Shown: positions 19,014 through 27,227 of the stretch, piece after piece
How positions within the stretch are numbered: position 1 is the stretch's first letter
Layout of the letters: every line of letters starts with the position of its first letter
Origin: Candidatus Doudnabacteria bacterium
GTDB lineage: Bacteria > Patescibacteriota > Doudnabacteria > UBA920 > O2-02-FULL-48-8
Assembly (NCBI GenBank): GCA_016186915.1
Contig: JACPKU010000006.1
Location: forward strand, 249,619 to 313,618
Direction: 5' to 3'
Length of the DNA stretch: 64,000 bases
The notes under the pieces: model-generated
What the model saw: only the letters and a program-made list of their open reading frames with translations
The model's database searches: none
What the model was told of the DNA's origin: nothing
Position numbers and translations under genes: made by a program

Positions 19014-19045
19014 TGTGCATAACCTGTGCTTAACCTTGGGGATTA
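19014..19045. promoter_or_regulatory. DnaA-box-like array (TGTGCATAA, TGTGCTTAA, TGGGGATTA)
   Basis: One perfect TGTGNATAA match plus two degenerate boxes at 11-12 bp period. Confidence 0.5.
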
Positions 19046-19062
19046 ATTGTGAGTTTCTTACT

Positions 19063-19542
19063 AAAAAAGAGGCTCGCAAGCAAGGCTTACAAGCCGAAGA
19101 ACGAGGAGGGGAGCAGATCAACCATCCAACCGGTAGCCCTTGTTAAGGCGGCCAGATGGTCAAATCAGTCCCCTCCACCCCGCAGCGCTGACAGCGCTGT
19201 GTTTGCAGCGTGTCTCGTCCGGGCCTTGGGCCTCGGGCAGAGCCAGCCGCTGGGAACTTGTTGTTTCCTCCGAAAAATTGTAGCGGACAGGGAGTTTGGA
19301 TGGTTGAGGCCGGGCCAGCGGAATCAACCAGCCTCCCTCCCCATCCTGTCGGCGCCGAGCGTGTCAACTGGCGCCGAGCTTGTACCGAGGGGATGCGCGC
19401 GCGTAGGGCCAGTAGCAGCCCTTTAGCGTGGCCTTTGTTGCGCACTCACCCCCTCGGACCGCGCTTGTCCAGAAAGGCCCCAGCCCCTCGGACTTGCGCG
19501 ATCTTGAGAAACCCAAACCAAAAAAACTTACCTGTCTTTGGT
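19063..19542 (-). ncRNA. Putative ~480-nt GC-rich, highly structured ncRNA (unit 1)
   Basis: TTGACA-18-TATAAT promoter (19577-19548); consecutive long hairpins with minus-strand G-U pairs; terminator 19063-19095; overlapping ORFs do not look like proteins. Confidence 0.75.
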
Positions 19543-19583
19543 AAGTTATTATATATTTCAAATTACCAAACTGTCAATAGATT

Positions 19584-20600
19584 TTATTTTGTTGCCAAAA
19601 TACTTTTTTTATAGCTGTCCAAATTGTCCAACGCCACCCCTGTGCCGGCAGCCACGCATAAAATAGCGTTTTCAGCCACGTAAGCTGGAACTCCGGTAGT
19701 TTGGCCAATTAACTTGTCGATATTTCGCAAGAGCGCGGTGCCGCCTGTCAAAACCATGCCCTTATCAATTATATCCGCGGCCAGCTCAGGCGGAGTTTCT
19801 TGCAGGACGGTTCGGACTGCCTGGATGATTTCCCGCAGTTCTTCCTGAATCGCTTCCACGATTTCATTGGTGGAAATTTTAATCGTTTTGGGAAGCCCCT
19901 GTATCAAGTCCCTGCCTCGAATTTCAAGCTTGGTCTCTTTCTCCACTGGTATGGCCGAGCCGATCTTAATTTTAATATCTTCCGCAGTCCGGTCTCCCAC
20001 AGCCAAGCCGTGCTTGCGGCGGATATATTCTGCGATGGCCTGATCAATCTTGTTGCCCGCCACCCTCACAGAAGTCTGGGTCACAATCCCGCCAAGTGAA
20101 AGCACTGCCACGTCCGTGGTGCCGCCGCCAATGTCTATGATCATGTTGCCAGAAGGATTCGCGATGTCTATCCCAGCGCCGATAGCGGCGGCCACGGTTT
20201 CTTTGATTATGTAAGCGGCTTTGGCCCCGGCCGCGTGCGCCGCGTCAATCACCGCTCTTCTTTCAGTGGAAGTGATGCCGCCGGGTACGGAGATCATAAC
20301 TTCAGGGCGAAAAAATCGGACATTGCCCGTGGCCTTGTTAATAAAATACCGAAGCATAGCTTCTGTCACCCGGTAATCTGCAATCACCCCGTCCTTCATA
20401 GGTCTGTGCGCCACGATTGTGTCAGGAGTGCGGCCCAACATATCCTTGGCTTCCTGTCCCACGGCCAAAATCTTATTGTCAACTACAGAAATCGCCACCA
20501 CTGTGGGCTCATTAATAATAATGCCCTGCTTGGGCACGAATACTAAGGTGTTGGCAGTTCCTAAATCTATTCCAATTTGCCGTAAAAACAATCGAGCCAT
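19584..20600 (-). CDS. mreB: Second MreB/Mbl-family actin homolog
   Basis: GIDLGTANT, DIGGGTTD, LTGGTALL. Confidence 0.95.
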   Translation of the reverse strand: MARLFLRQIGIDLGTANTLVFVPKQGIIINEPTVVAISVVDNKILAVGQEAKDMLGRTPDTIVAHRPMKDGVIADYRVTEAMLRYFINKATGNVRFFRPEVMISVPGGITSTERRAVIDAAHAAGAKAAYIIKETVAAAIGAGIDIANPSGNMIIDIGGGTTDVAVLSLGGIVTQTSVRVAGNKIDQAIAEYIRRKHGLAVGDRTAEDIKIKIGSAIPVEKETKLEIRGRDLIQGLPKTIKISTNEIVEAIQEELREIIQAVRTVLQETPPELAADIIDKGMVLTGGTALLRNIDKLIGQTTGVPAYVAENAILCVAAGTGVALDNLDSYKKSILATK

Positions 20601-20605
20601 AAATA

Positions 20606-21865
20606 TTAATCAATCCGTTTAATATCCGCGCCAATTTTACTTAACCTCTCCTCAAGATTGGCATAACCGCGGTCAATGTGTTCAATGCCTTCAATTTCCG
20701 ATTGGCCTTTGGCCACCAGTGCCGCAATCACCAAAGTCATGCCCATACGTAGATCATAGCTAGTTATCTTTTTTTGTCCATAAAGAGGGGTTGGACCAAT
20801 AATCCGAACCTGGTGGGAATCCAAAACCTCGGCCTTTGCGCCCATATTCATTAATTCAGCGACGTAGGCGAGACGGTCTTCATACAACCACTCGTAGATT
20901 AAGGTCTCTCCTTTTGCCTGGGTGGCCAGCACAGCCATCGGCGGCACAAAATCAGAGTTTAATTTTGGATACAAGCCGCTCTGCAGCTTTGTGCCGACAT
21001 ATTCTCCGGATGGAGGCAAAACTTGCACAAAGTCCGGACCAACCTTGAAATTGACATTCATCTTTTTCAACCGCAGCAAGTAGTCTTCCAGAAAATCGGG
21101 GTTCAGGTCGGTTATTTTAAGCTTGCCCTTAGCGGCAGCGGCCAAGGTTATCATGCTTGCCGCTTCTTCTGAGTCGGGGATGATATCTATTTTAGCGCCA
21201 TGAAGCTCGTCCACGCCGAACACAGTTAAAGTCGGGCTGCCGATGCCGGAAATTTTTGCCCCCATCTTGTTCAAAAATTCACACAACTGCTGAATGTGGG
21301 GTTCCATGGCAGCTAATTTTATTGTGGTTGTGCCAGCGGCCAACACCGCGGCCAACAAAACATTTTCCGTAGCGGTTACCGAGCTTTCTTCCAAGACAAT
21401 CTTCGAGCCGGTCAGTTTGTCAACAGAAAAACTGATCAGTGAATCTGTTTCGGTTACAGACGCACCCAAAGCTTTAAATGCTTCCACGTGGGCGTCGATC
21501 GAACGCGCCCCTATCTTATCCCCGCCCGGATATGGAATTTTGGCGCTCAAAAGCCTGCCCAGCAAGGCGCCGACCAGCACAATCGATCCCCGAAACTTGG
21601 ACACCAGGTCTGGTTTAGGATCGTCGCGCCGCAGTCCTTGGGCCTGAATTTCTACCCTGCCGCCGCTCGAATTTACATCCACCCCAAGTTCAGAAATAAT
21701 CTCCAGCATAAGCTGGCTGTCTTTAATCTGGGGCACGTTGGTTAAGACGCACTTCTCGTCTGTCAAAAGACAGGCCGCGATTAGCGGAAACGTCGCGTTT
21801 TTTGATCCTGAAATTTTAATATTGCCGGAAAGCGGCTTGCCGCCGTTGATTCTATATTTACTCAT
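20606..21865 (-). CDS. murA: UDP-N-acetylglucosamine 1-carboxyvinyltransferase (Asp at the Cys115 position)
   Basis: SGSKNA, PGGDKIGAR, DLR.G, HIDRGY; probable start MSKYRI. Confidence 0.95.
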   Translation of the reverse strand: MSKYRINGGKPLSGNIKISGSKNATFPLIAACLLTDEKCVLTNVPQIKDSQLMLEIISELGVDVNSSGGRVEIQAQGLRRDDPKPDLVSKFRGSIVLVGALLGRLLSAKIPYPGGDKIGARSIDAHVEAFKALGASVTETDSLISFSVDKLTGSKIVLEESSVTATENVLLAAVLAAGTTTIKLAAMEPHIQQLCEFLNKMGAKISGIGSPTLTVFGVDELHGAKIDIIPDSEEAASMITLAAAAKGKLKITDLNPDFLEDYLLRLKKMNVNFKVGPDFVQVLPPSGEYVGTKLQSGLYPKLNSDFVPPMAVLATQAKGETLIYEWLYEDRLAYVAELMNMGAKAEVLDSHQVRIIGPTPLYGQKKITSYDLRMGMTLVIAALVAKGQSEIEGIEHIDRGYANLEERLSKIGADIKRID

Positions 21866-22922
21866 AGTTAAGTAGCTTAACTTCTGCTTCCAGCTCCACG
21901 CCAAATTTACTCTTAACCGCCTGCTTTATGTTCCAAGAGAGGGCTAGCATCTCCCTGGCGGTGGCCTCTCCAATATTTATCAAGGCCAGCGGATGCTTAG
22001 GAGAGATGCCCACTCGCCCCTGCTTATACCCTTTTCTAAAACCCGCGCTTGCCAACAAACATGCCGCAGCCAGCTTAATCTTACCATCTTCTACCCCCCA
22101 AAACCACGGGTCTTGGCAATCGGACTCGCCACCATTTTTTTTCACCAAAAATTTTATTTTATCAAATTCTTCTCTGCTGACGATCGGATTTTTAAAAAAA
22201 GACCCGGCGGTTTTAAACTTTTCAAACCCAGGCAAAATCACATTGCCTTTTTTGGCGCGAATCTCAATTACCGCCTTTCTGACGTCGCGCAAGCTATGTT
22301 GGTTTTGATTGGAAAAGTATTTAACCAGATCCTGATAGTTCAAAACTGACCGGCCGTGTGGGACCAGCGACAATCTAAACTTAGTAACGATATATTTTCC
22401 CGGATTTTTTTTAAAGTCACTGTCACGATATTCAAAACCGCATTGTTCGCGGTTAAATTTAACAATATTACCGCTCCCACATTCAACTGCTTCGACTTCC
22501 TCAAGAACATCACTGATTGTCTGGCCGTACGCTCCAATATTCTGCACCACCGCTCCTCCCGCTGATCCCGGAATCCCGGACAAACATTCAATTCCAGCAA
22601 GGTCTTGCTCGACACAACGCTTAACCACCTCATCCCAATCTTCCCCCGCCCCTATTGTCACCAATGCCTCATCGTCTTTAATCTTAAAGCTTAAATCTTG
22701 AATCTGATTATGAATTACCAGCCCCGAAAACCCTTCGTCTGAGATCAAAACATTGCTCCCGCCTCCTAAAATAAAAATTTTGAGACTCTTTTGATGCGCA
22801 AACTCCAAAGCCTCTCTGACTTCTTCGAGAGAGGTGACTTGGGTATAAAAAGCAGCAAGACCTCCTATTTCAAAGGTCGTTAACTGTTTCAACGGGTAGT
22901 TTTCTTGGACTTTTAAGGCCAT
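21858..22922 (-). CDS. murB: UDP-N-acetylmuramate dehydrogenase
   Basis: LGGGSNVL, GIPGS.GG...QNIGAYG, AGSFFKNP. Confidence 0.97.
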   Translation of the reverse strand: MALKVQENYPLKQLTTFEIGGLAAFYTQVTSLEEVREALEFAHQKSLKIFILGGGSNVLISDEGFSGLVIHNQIQDLSFKIKDDEALVTIGAGEDWDEVVKRCVEQDLAGIECLSGIPGSAGGAVVQNIGAYGQTISDVLEEVEAVECGSGNIVKFNREQCGFEYRDSDFKKNPGKYIVTKFRLSLVPHGRSVLNYQDLVKYFSNQNQHSLRDVRKAVIEIRAKKGNVILPGFEKFKTAGSFFKNPIVSREEFDKIKFLVKKNGGESDCQDPWFWGVEDGKIKLAAACLLASAGFRKGYKQGRVGISPKHPLALINIGEATAREMLALSWNIKQAVKSKFGVELEAEVKLLNYE

Positions 22923-22964
22923 CGACTGTTATTTTAACAAAAAAAGTAAAGATAGGTAAGGCTT

Positions 22965-23044
22965 GCCAGGAACTAGAAGTTTTTATCTATCAAGCCAAGG
23001 GCTTGATATATTCAGCGAAGCTGATAAAACTTTCAGTTCCCGGC
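22965..23044. mobile_element. Family C hairpin element, copy 3 (reverse orientation, diverged)
   Basis: GCCAGGAACTAGAAGTTTT...AAAACTTTCAGTTCCCGGC; compensatory changes relative to copies 1 and 2. Confidence 0.65.
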
Positions 23045-23073
23045 TTGAAACTCCTCTTGTTTTAGCCTAAAAT
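23045..23073 (+). promoter_or_regulatory. sigma70-like promoter TTGAAA-17-TAAAAT
   Basis: Lies between elements C3 and C2, upstream of the PEGA gene. Confidence 0.55.
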
Positions 23074-23083
23074 AAGAGGGAAG

Positions 23084-23187
23084 CCAGGTAGTGAAAATTT
23101 GCTCGATGCTATCTGACAGCGTGCAAGGAATATTTTTGGTCTTTATATTTGTCGAATTAACAAAGATAGCAAATTTCTACTACCTGG
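23084..23187. mobile_element. Family C hairpin element, copy 2, filling the 5' UTR of the PEGA gene
   Basis: CCAGGTAGTGAAAATTTGCT...AGCAAATTTCTACTACCTGG; internal CTGACAGC shared with copy 1. Confidence 0.75.
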
Positions 23188-23188
23188 T

Positions 23189-24433
23189 ATGACCCTCAAA
23201 ACCCGCTTTACATTAATCGGCATTGGCATCGTTATTTTCTTAATAATTGTGCCGCCTTTAGTTTTGTTCGCCAGTGGTTTCCAAATTGACTGGTCAAATT
23301 TCGCAATCGTAAAAACCGGAACTTTGGTGGTAGAAACCGAGCCCGGCAAAGCGTTGGTCTACCTTAGTGACAAGAAACAAAGAGGAGCAACGCCTTCCAC
23401 GATCCGTTTTTTGCTTCCCAAAGATTATCAAGTCAGGATCGAGAAACCAGGTTACCAGACCTGGACCAAACGGCTGTCTGTCAAATCCCAGCTCGTGACT
23501 TGGGCTAACCTCAACCGCAAATTTATCGCCTTATTTTTATCTGAGCCACTGCCTCTGGTGGATTTTAGCTCTGACCAAACTTTTCTCTCTTCCGACCAGA
23601 GAGAGCTTGTCTTTTCGGTAAACGGCGAGTTTTTTTTCCTCTCTGCAGGCTCTGAAAAACCTGTGAGCTTGGGTCCGGCCACTGCTCTGGCTCCTCCGTT
23701 TGAATTTAATGCCGGACTGGTTTGGGATAACGGACAAAAAGTATACGAAGCGCTAAAAAAATTCTCCGAAATAAATTTGTCGATCTATTCCCCAACGCCA
23801 AAAATATCAACCAACGGCACCTTCACAATTCTGGCTTCCGCTGATCAACTTTGGCTTGTGACTTCTTCAGGCACAGAAGTTATAGCCACTGACATCGATG
23901 CTTATCTATTAGAGAATGACATTTTGTGGTTTATCAAAAATTCCTCGCTGCAAAGCCTAAATCTCACAACCAAGGAATTGCGAACCGTAAAGCAGGACTT
24001 GCCACGCTTTAAAAAAGGCCAAATCATTCGATCGAGCAATTATGTTTTTCTACTCCTCGATGGAGACTTATACTTTGCCAACGAAAGTTTAGATAAAATT
24101 GCCCAAGCCGTTGTGTTCAGTTCATGGAATTACGGCGCGGATAAACTGTTAATTGCCACCAACAACGAAATTAGTCTGTTTGATCCGCAAAACCAAAAAG
24201 TCGACCTCATTCACCGCAGTGTAAGTAATATCAGTAACCCTGTATTCAATGCCGAAACCGGATACGTATTCTTCAGCAATGAGGGCAGAATAAAAGCCAT
24301 CGAACTTGATGGCCGGGACCAAAGAAATATTTTTGAATTTGGAGAAGCGGGATTAGGATTTACCTTGTCAAACAACGGAAAACTGCTATACGTTTTCAGC
24401 GATGAAAACATAAGAATATTGGAAATAAGATAG
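23189..24433 (+). CDS. Membrane-anchored PEGA-domain protein with a beta-rich C-terminus
   Basis: N-terminal TM; TG.L.V.TEP..A.V; Y.VRIEKPGYQTW.K; IELDGRD.RN. Confidence 0.8.
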   Translation: MTLKTRFTLIGIGIVIFLIIVPPLVLFASGFQIDWSNFAIVKTGTLVVETEPGKALVYLSDKKQRGATPSTIRFLLPKDYQVRIEKPGYQTWTKRLSVKSQLVTWANLNRKFIALFLSEPLPLVDFSSDQTFLSSDQRELVFSVNGEFFFLSAGSEKPVSLGPATALAPPFEFNAGLVWDNGQKVYEALKKFSEINLSIYSPTPKISTNGTFTILASADQLWLVTSSGTEVIATDIDAYLLENDILWFIKNSSLQSLNLTTKELRTVKQDLPRFKKGQIIRSSNYVFLLLDGDLYFANESLDKIAQAVVFSSWNYGADKLLIATNNEISLFDPQNQKVDLIHRSVSNISNPVFNAETGYVFFSNEGRIKAIELDGRDQRNIFEFGEAGLGFTLSNNGKLLYVFSDENIRILEIR

Positions 24434-24446
24434 CCCACAAAACTGC

Positions 24447-24476
24447 ACGTAAAATGCGCGGCCGCGCATTTTACGT
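24447..24476. repeat. Perfect 30-bp palindrome between convergent genes
   Basis: ACGTAAAATGCGCGG|CCGCGCATTTTACGT. Confidence 0.9.
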
Positions 24477-24481
24477 TACGA

Positions 24482-24898
24482 TCAAGCAGCCGCTTTGTCC
24501 AACGCTAGGTTGACCAGCTTATCGGCTAGTCTGTTTTCTTCCCTCGAAACATGCCTAAAAACGACTGACTCAAATTTATTGCTTAGTCGCAGCACTTCCT
24601 TGACCCTGCTCTGCAGTCCTTGCTCTTTCACTTTGTATTCGCCTGATAACTGCTTGACCACCAACTCTGAATCCAAAAAACATTTGACTTCCCTCGCTTG
24701 AAGTTCCGCGGCCTTGGCAAGCGCCGTAATCAACGCGGAATATTCCGCTTGGTTATTGGTAGTCTCACCTATATACCGTCCAATTCGATCAATAATTTTT
24801 CCTTTGGCGTCATAAATCACCACCCCGATAGCCGCCGGCCCGGGATTGCCCCTGGCCCCGCCGTCCGTGTAGATTGTTAGTTGCTTATTGTGTGGCAT
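24482..24898 (-). CDS. rnhA: Ribonuclease HI
   Basis: YTDGGARGNPGPA, TNNQAEY, DSELVVKQ, N..AD.L.N.ALD. Confidence 0.94.
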   Translation of the reverse strand: MPHNKQLTIYTDGGARGNPGPAAIGVVIYDAKGKIIDRIGRYIGETTNNQAEYSALITALAKAAELQAREVKCFLDSELVVKQLSGEYKVKEQGLQSRVKEVLRLSNKFESVVFRHVSREENRLADKLVNLALDKAAA

Positions 24899-26684
24899 TC
24901 AGATCGATAATTTTTAATTGCAGCTCTTTGTGGCCGTTCCATTCATTACTTTCCAATTCAAACACCGCGTCGAAAGTCTTGTTTGAATTTAGTATATCAG
25001 TTAAAAATCCTTTCCCAAAAGCAATCGCATTAAATTCTTGCCCATCCAGACTGCAGCGCAGTTTCAGATGTTGATTGTCACTGCCGACTTGCCGCGCTTC
25101 AAGCAACTTAAAATTTTTAGCCAAAAACCGAGGCTTGGGATTGCCAACCCCGAACGGCCCGAATTTAGCTAAATATCCATAAATGTCCCAAGTTAAATCC
25201 TGCGCCGCAACTTCACTATCAATATTGATTTCATACGGCTCAGGCGTGTAGCCCGCTACTTCCGCATACTCTAAAAGCTTCTGATAAAACGCCTCAATGT
25301 TTTTACTCTCCAAAGCGAACCCGGCTGCTTGCGCGTGTCCGCCGTATTTTTGCAGCAAATTCTGACAATAATTCAGGGCTTGCACCATATCATAATCATT
25401 TACCGAACGCGCTGATCCGGTCGCCTTCTCTCCGTCTTTTTCTATCACCAGACTCGGCCGATTATACTCCTCTGTAAGTTTGCCCGCCACCAAACCCACC
25501 ACACCTTTCGGCCAATTATCTGAAGCTACCAACAAAATCTTTTTATCAAGCTTGGTTTCTACTTGCGATTTGGCTTCGCTTAAAATCTGTTGTGTGAGGG
25601 TTTGCCGATGTGAATTTAACTCGTCCAATTCTTTCGCTAGCTGTTTGGCTTCGTTATCGTCTTCGGCAACCAACAGTTGAAAAGCAAGGTTGCCATGCTT
25701 GATTCTGCCCGCCGCGTTGATCCTCGGAGCCAATAAAAACCCCAGGGTATAAGTATCAAAGGGTCTTGATTGAGCATCTAATCCAGCAACTTGGATCAAT
25801 GCCTGCAAACCCAGCCAGCGAGTTTTGTTTAAGACCTGCAAACCGAAATGCACCAGCAGGCGATTCTCAGAAGTGAGCGGCTGTAAATCAGCCACCGTGC
25901 CGATAGCCACCAGATCCAATAGCCACTTTTCCCAACCCACGAGAACGCCCTTTGTTAATAACTCCCCCTCTCCCCCTCTTACTCTAAGAGGGGGTTCCTC
26001 TGCAGTTTCGTCCCCCCTTGGAACAAGGGGGGAATGGGGGGGGTTAGATGTCGAAGAGTTTAGATTTCTAAAAAGTGCCTGGACTAACTTATACGCCACC
26101 CCCGCGCCAGTTAAGTACGGAAAGGGATAATTGTCTTGCCTATTTTTAGGGTTTAACAGCGCCAACGCTTCAGGTAATCCGTCCGTAATCTCGTGGTGGT
26201 CGGTAATAATCATATCCACCCCCAACTCTTGAGCCAGCCTGGCTTCTTCCACTGCATTGGTGCCGCAATCAACGGTAATGATTAATTTATTGCCCTCGCT
26301 GGCTAGCTTTTTGATTGCCTCAATGTTCAATCCGTATCCTTCGCTGAATCTGTCAGGAATGTAATAATTCGCCCTCACGCCCAATTTTTTTAAACCCAAA
26401 TAAACCACGGCGCAGGCAGTGATCGCGTCAGCGTCATAATCGGCATAAATGCAGATTGGTTCCTGTTTTTCCACTGCGCCTTGGATCCGGGCCACCGCCT
26501 TTTTCATGTCAGAAAACAAAAAAGGATCCGACAAATTAGCATAATCAGGATTGAAAAAATTCTTAATCTCCCGAGGCTCGGTCATCCCTCGATTGGCCAG
26601 CAGGCGCAAAATCAAAGCCGGATACTCCGGCAATTTTGGGATCAAACTCTCCTCGATTTGTTTCAACTGCCATTTCTTTTGCAT
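24885..26684 (-). CDS. recJ: ssDNA exonuclease RecJ with an in-frame palindromic insertion
   Basis: DYDADA, TVDCG, TDHH, APRINAAGR, GGH..AAG. Confidence 0.97.
   Translation of the reverse strand: MQKKWQLKQIEESLIPKLPEYPALILRLLANRGMTEPREIKNFFNPDYANLSDPFLFSDMKKAVARIQGAVEKQEPICIYADYDADAITACAVVYLGLKKLGVRANYYIPDRFSEGYGLNIEAIKKLASEGNKLIITVDCGTNAVEEARLAQELGVDMIITDHHEITDGLPEALALLNPKNRQDNYPFPYLTGAGVAYKLVQALFRNLNSSTSNPPHSPLVPRGDETAEEPPLRVRGGEGELLTKGVLVGWEKWLLDLVAIGTVADLQPLTSENRLLVHFGLQVLNKTRWLGLQALIQVAGLDAQSRPFDTYTLGFLLAPRINAAGRIKHGNLAFQLLVAEDDNEAKQLAKELDELNSHRQTLTQQILSEAKSQVETKLDKKILLVASDNWPKGVVGLVAGKLTEEYNRPSLVIEKDGEKATGSARSVNDYDMVQALNYCQNLLQKYGGHAQAAGFALESKNIEAFYQKLLEYAEVAGYTPEPYEINIDSEVAAQDLTWDIYGYLAKFGPFGVGNPKPRFLAKNFKLLEARQVGSDNQHLKLRCSLDGQEFNAIAFGKGFLTDILNSNKTFDAVFELESNEWNGHKELQLKIIDLNATQ
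25959..26046. repeat. Double-hairpin REP-like element translated within RecJ
   Basis: CCCCCTCTTA-CTC-TAAGAGGGGG and TCCCCCCTTG-GAA-CAAGGGGGGA; encodes NPPHSPLVPRGDETAEEPPLRVRGGEGEL. Confidence 0.85.
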
Positions 26685-26744
26685 ACCCGTATTATACCCA
26701 AATACAGCCAAAAACAAAAAAACCTCCTGTTGCTTGCGGAGGTT

Positions 26745-27218
26745 TTAGATATTGGTGTTACCAGGCCTGTCGTCTTCGATCCCGTTCGGCGGAGGTTTAG
26801 GATGAGGAGCATTGTGAGGAACATCGCTCCTGTGAGTTCCTAAAACCGGGTTATCTCCCAACAACTCCTGCACTTGTTTTAAAATCTTCAGAGGATTATC
26901 ATAGCCCTTAATCATAAAATGGGCATTGTACAATTTTTTGGCTTTTTCCCTGTCTTCTTCGCGGCCCAAGTGAGAAAAAATAATTACAGGAATCGCCATC
27001 GTTTCAGTTTTGTCTCGAATCTTTTCGGTTAATTCAAACCCGTCCATCCGGGGCATATCAATGCCGGTAAATACCAAATCAACCGGCTGCTCCTGTAATT
27101 TTTCCCAAGCGTCCTGACCGTCATCAGCAATGATTACCGTAAATCCTGCATCAATAAATACTTGCTGGTAAAGATCACGTTGATAAAAATCATCGTCAAC
27201 TACTAAAATTTTGCTCAT
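26745..27218 (-). CDS. Single-domain response regulator with a Pro-rich tail
   Basis: KILVVDDD, DLVFTGIDMPRMDG (phospho-acceptor Asp position reads Gly), no output domain. Confidence 0.85.
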   Translation of the reverse strand: MSKILVVDDDFYQRDLYQQVFIDAGFTVIIADDGQDAWEKLQEQPVDLVFTGIDMPRMDGFELTEKIRDKTETMAIPVIIFSHLGREEDREKAKKLYNAHFMIKGYDNPLKILKQVQELLGDNPVLGTHRSDVPHNAPHPKPPPNGIEDDRPGNTNI

Positions 27219-27227
27219 GTTGGTAAC

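Noticed and set aside
18600-19060. Chromosomal origin oriC
   Set aside because: Only one perfect DnaA box, no dnaA or dnaN nearby and no switch in gene orientation; kept only as a regulatory-site hypothesis.
19103-19178. tRNA-like plus-strand segment GGAGGGGA...TCCCCTCCACC
   Set aside because: It folds as one long hairpin, with no D-arm or TTCRA T-loop and no CCA end.
18696-19542. RNase P RNA, tmRNA, SRP or 6S assignment
   Set aside because: No GAGGAAAGUCC, no tRNA-like T-arm/CCA end or tag ORF, and no SRP domain IV motif. The AAGUCCGAGG/CUUCGGCUU pairing resembles P4, but both strands are better explained by local hairpins. A covariance search is still needed.
18964-19614. Five overlapping ORFs listed in the GC-rich island
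   Set aside because: Low-complexity Arg/Pro/Ala/Gly translations in several frames, no SD, and they cross promoters and terminators; typical of GC-rich structured non-coding DNA.
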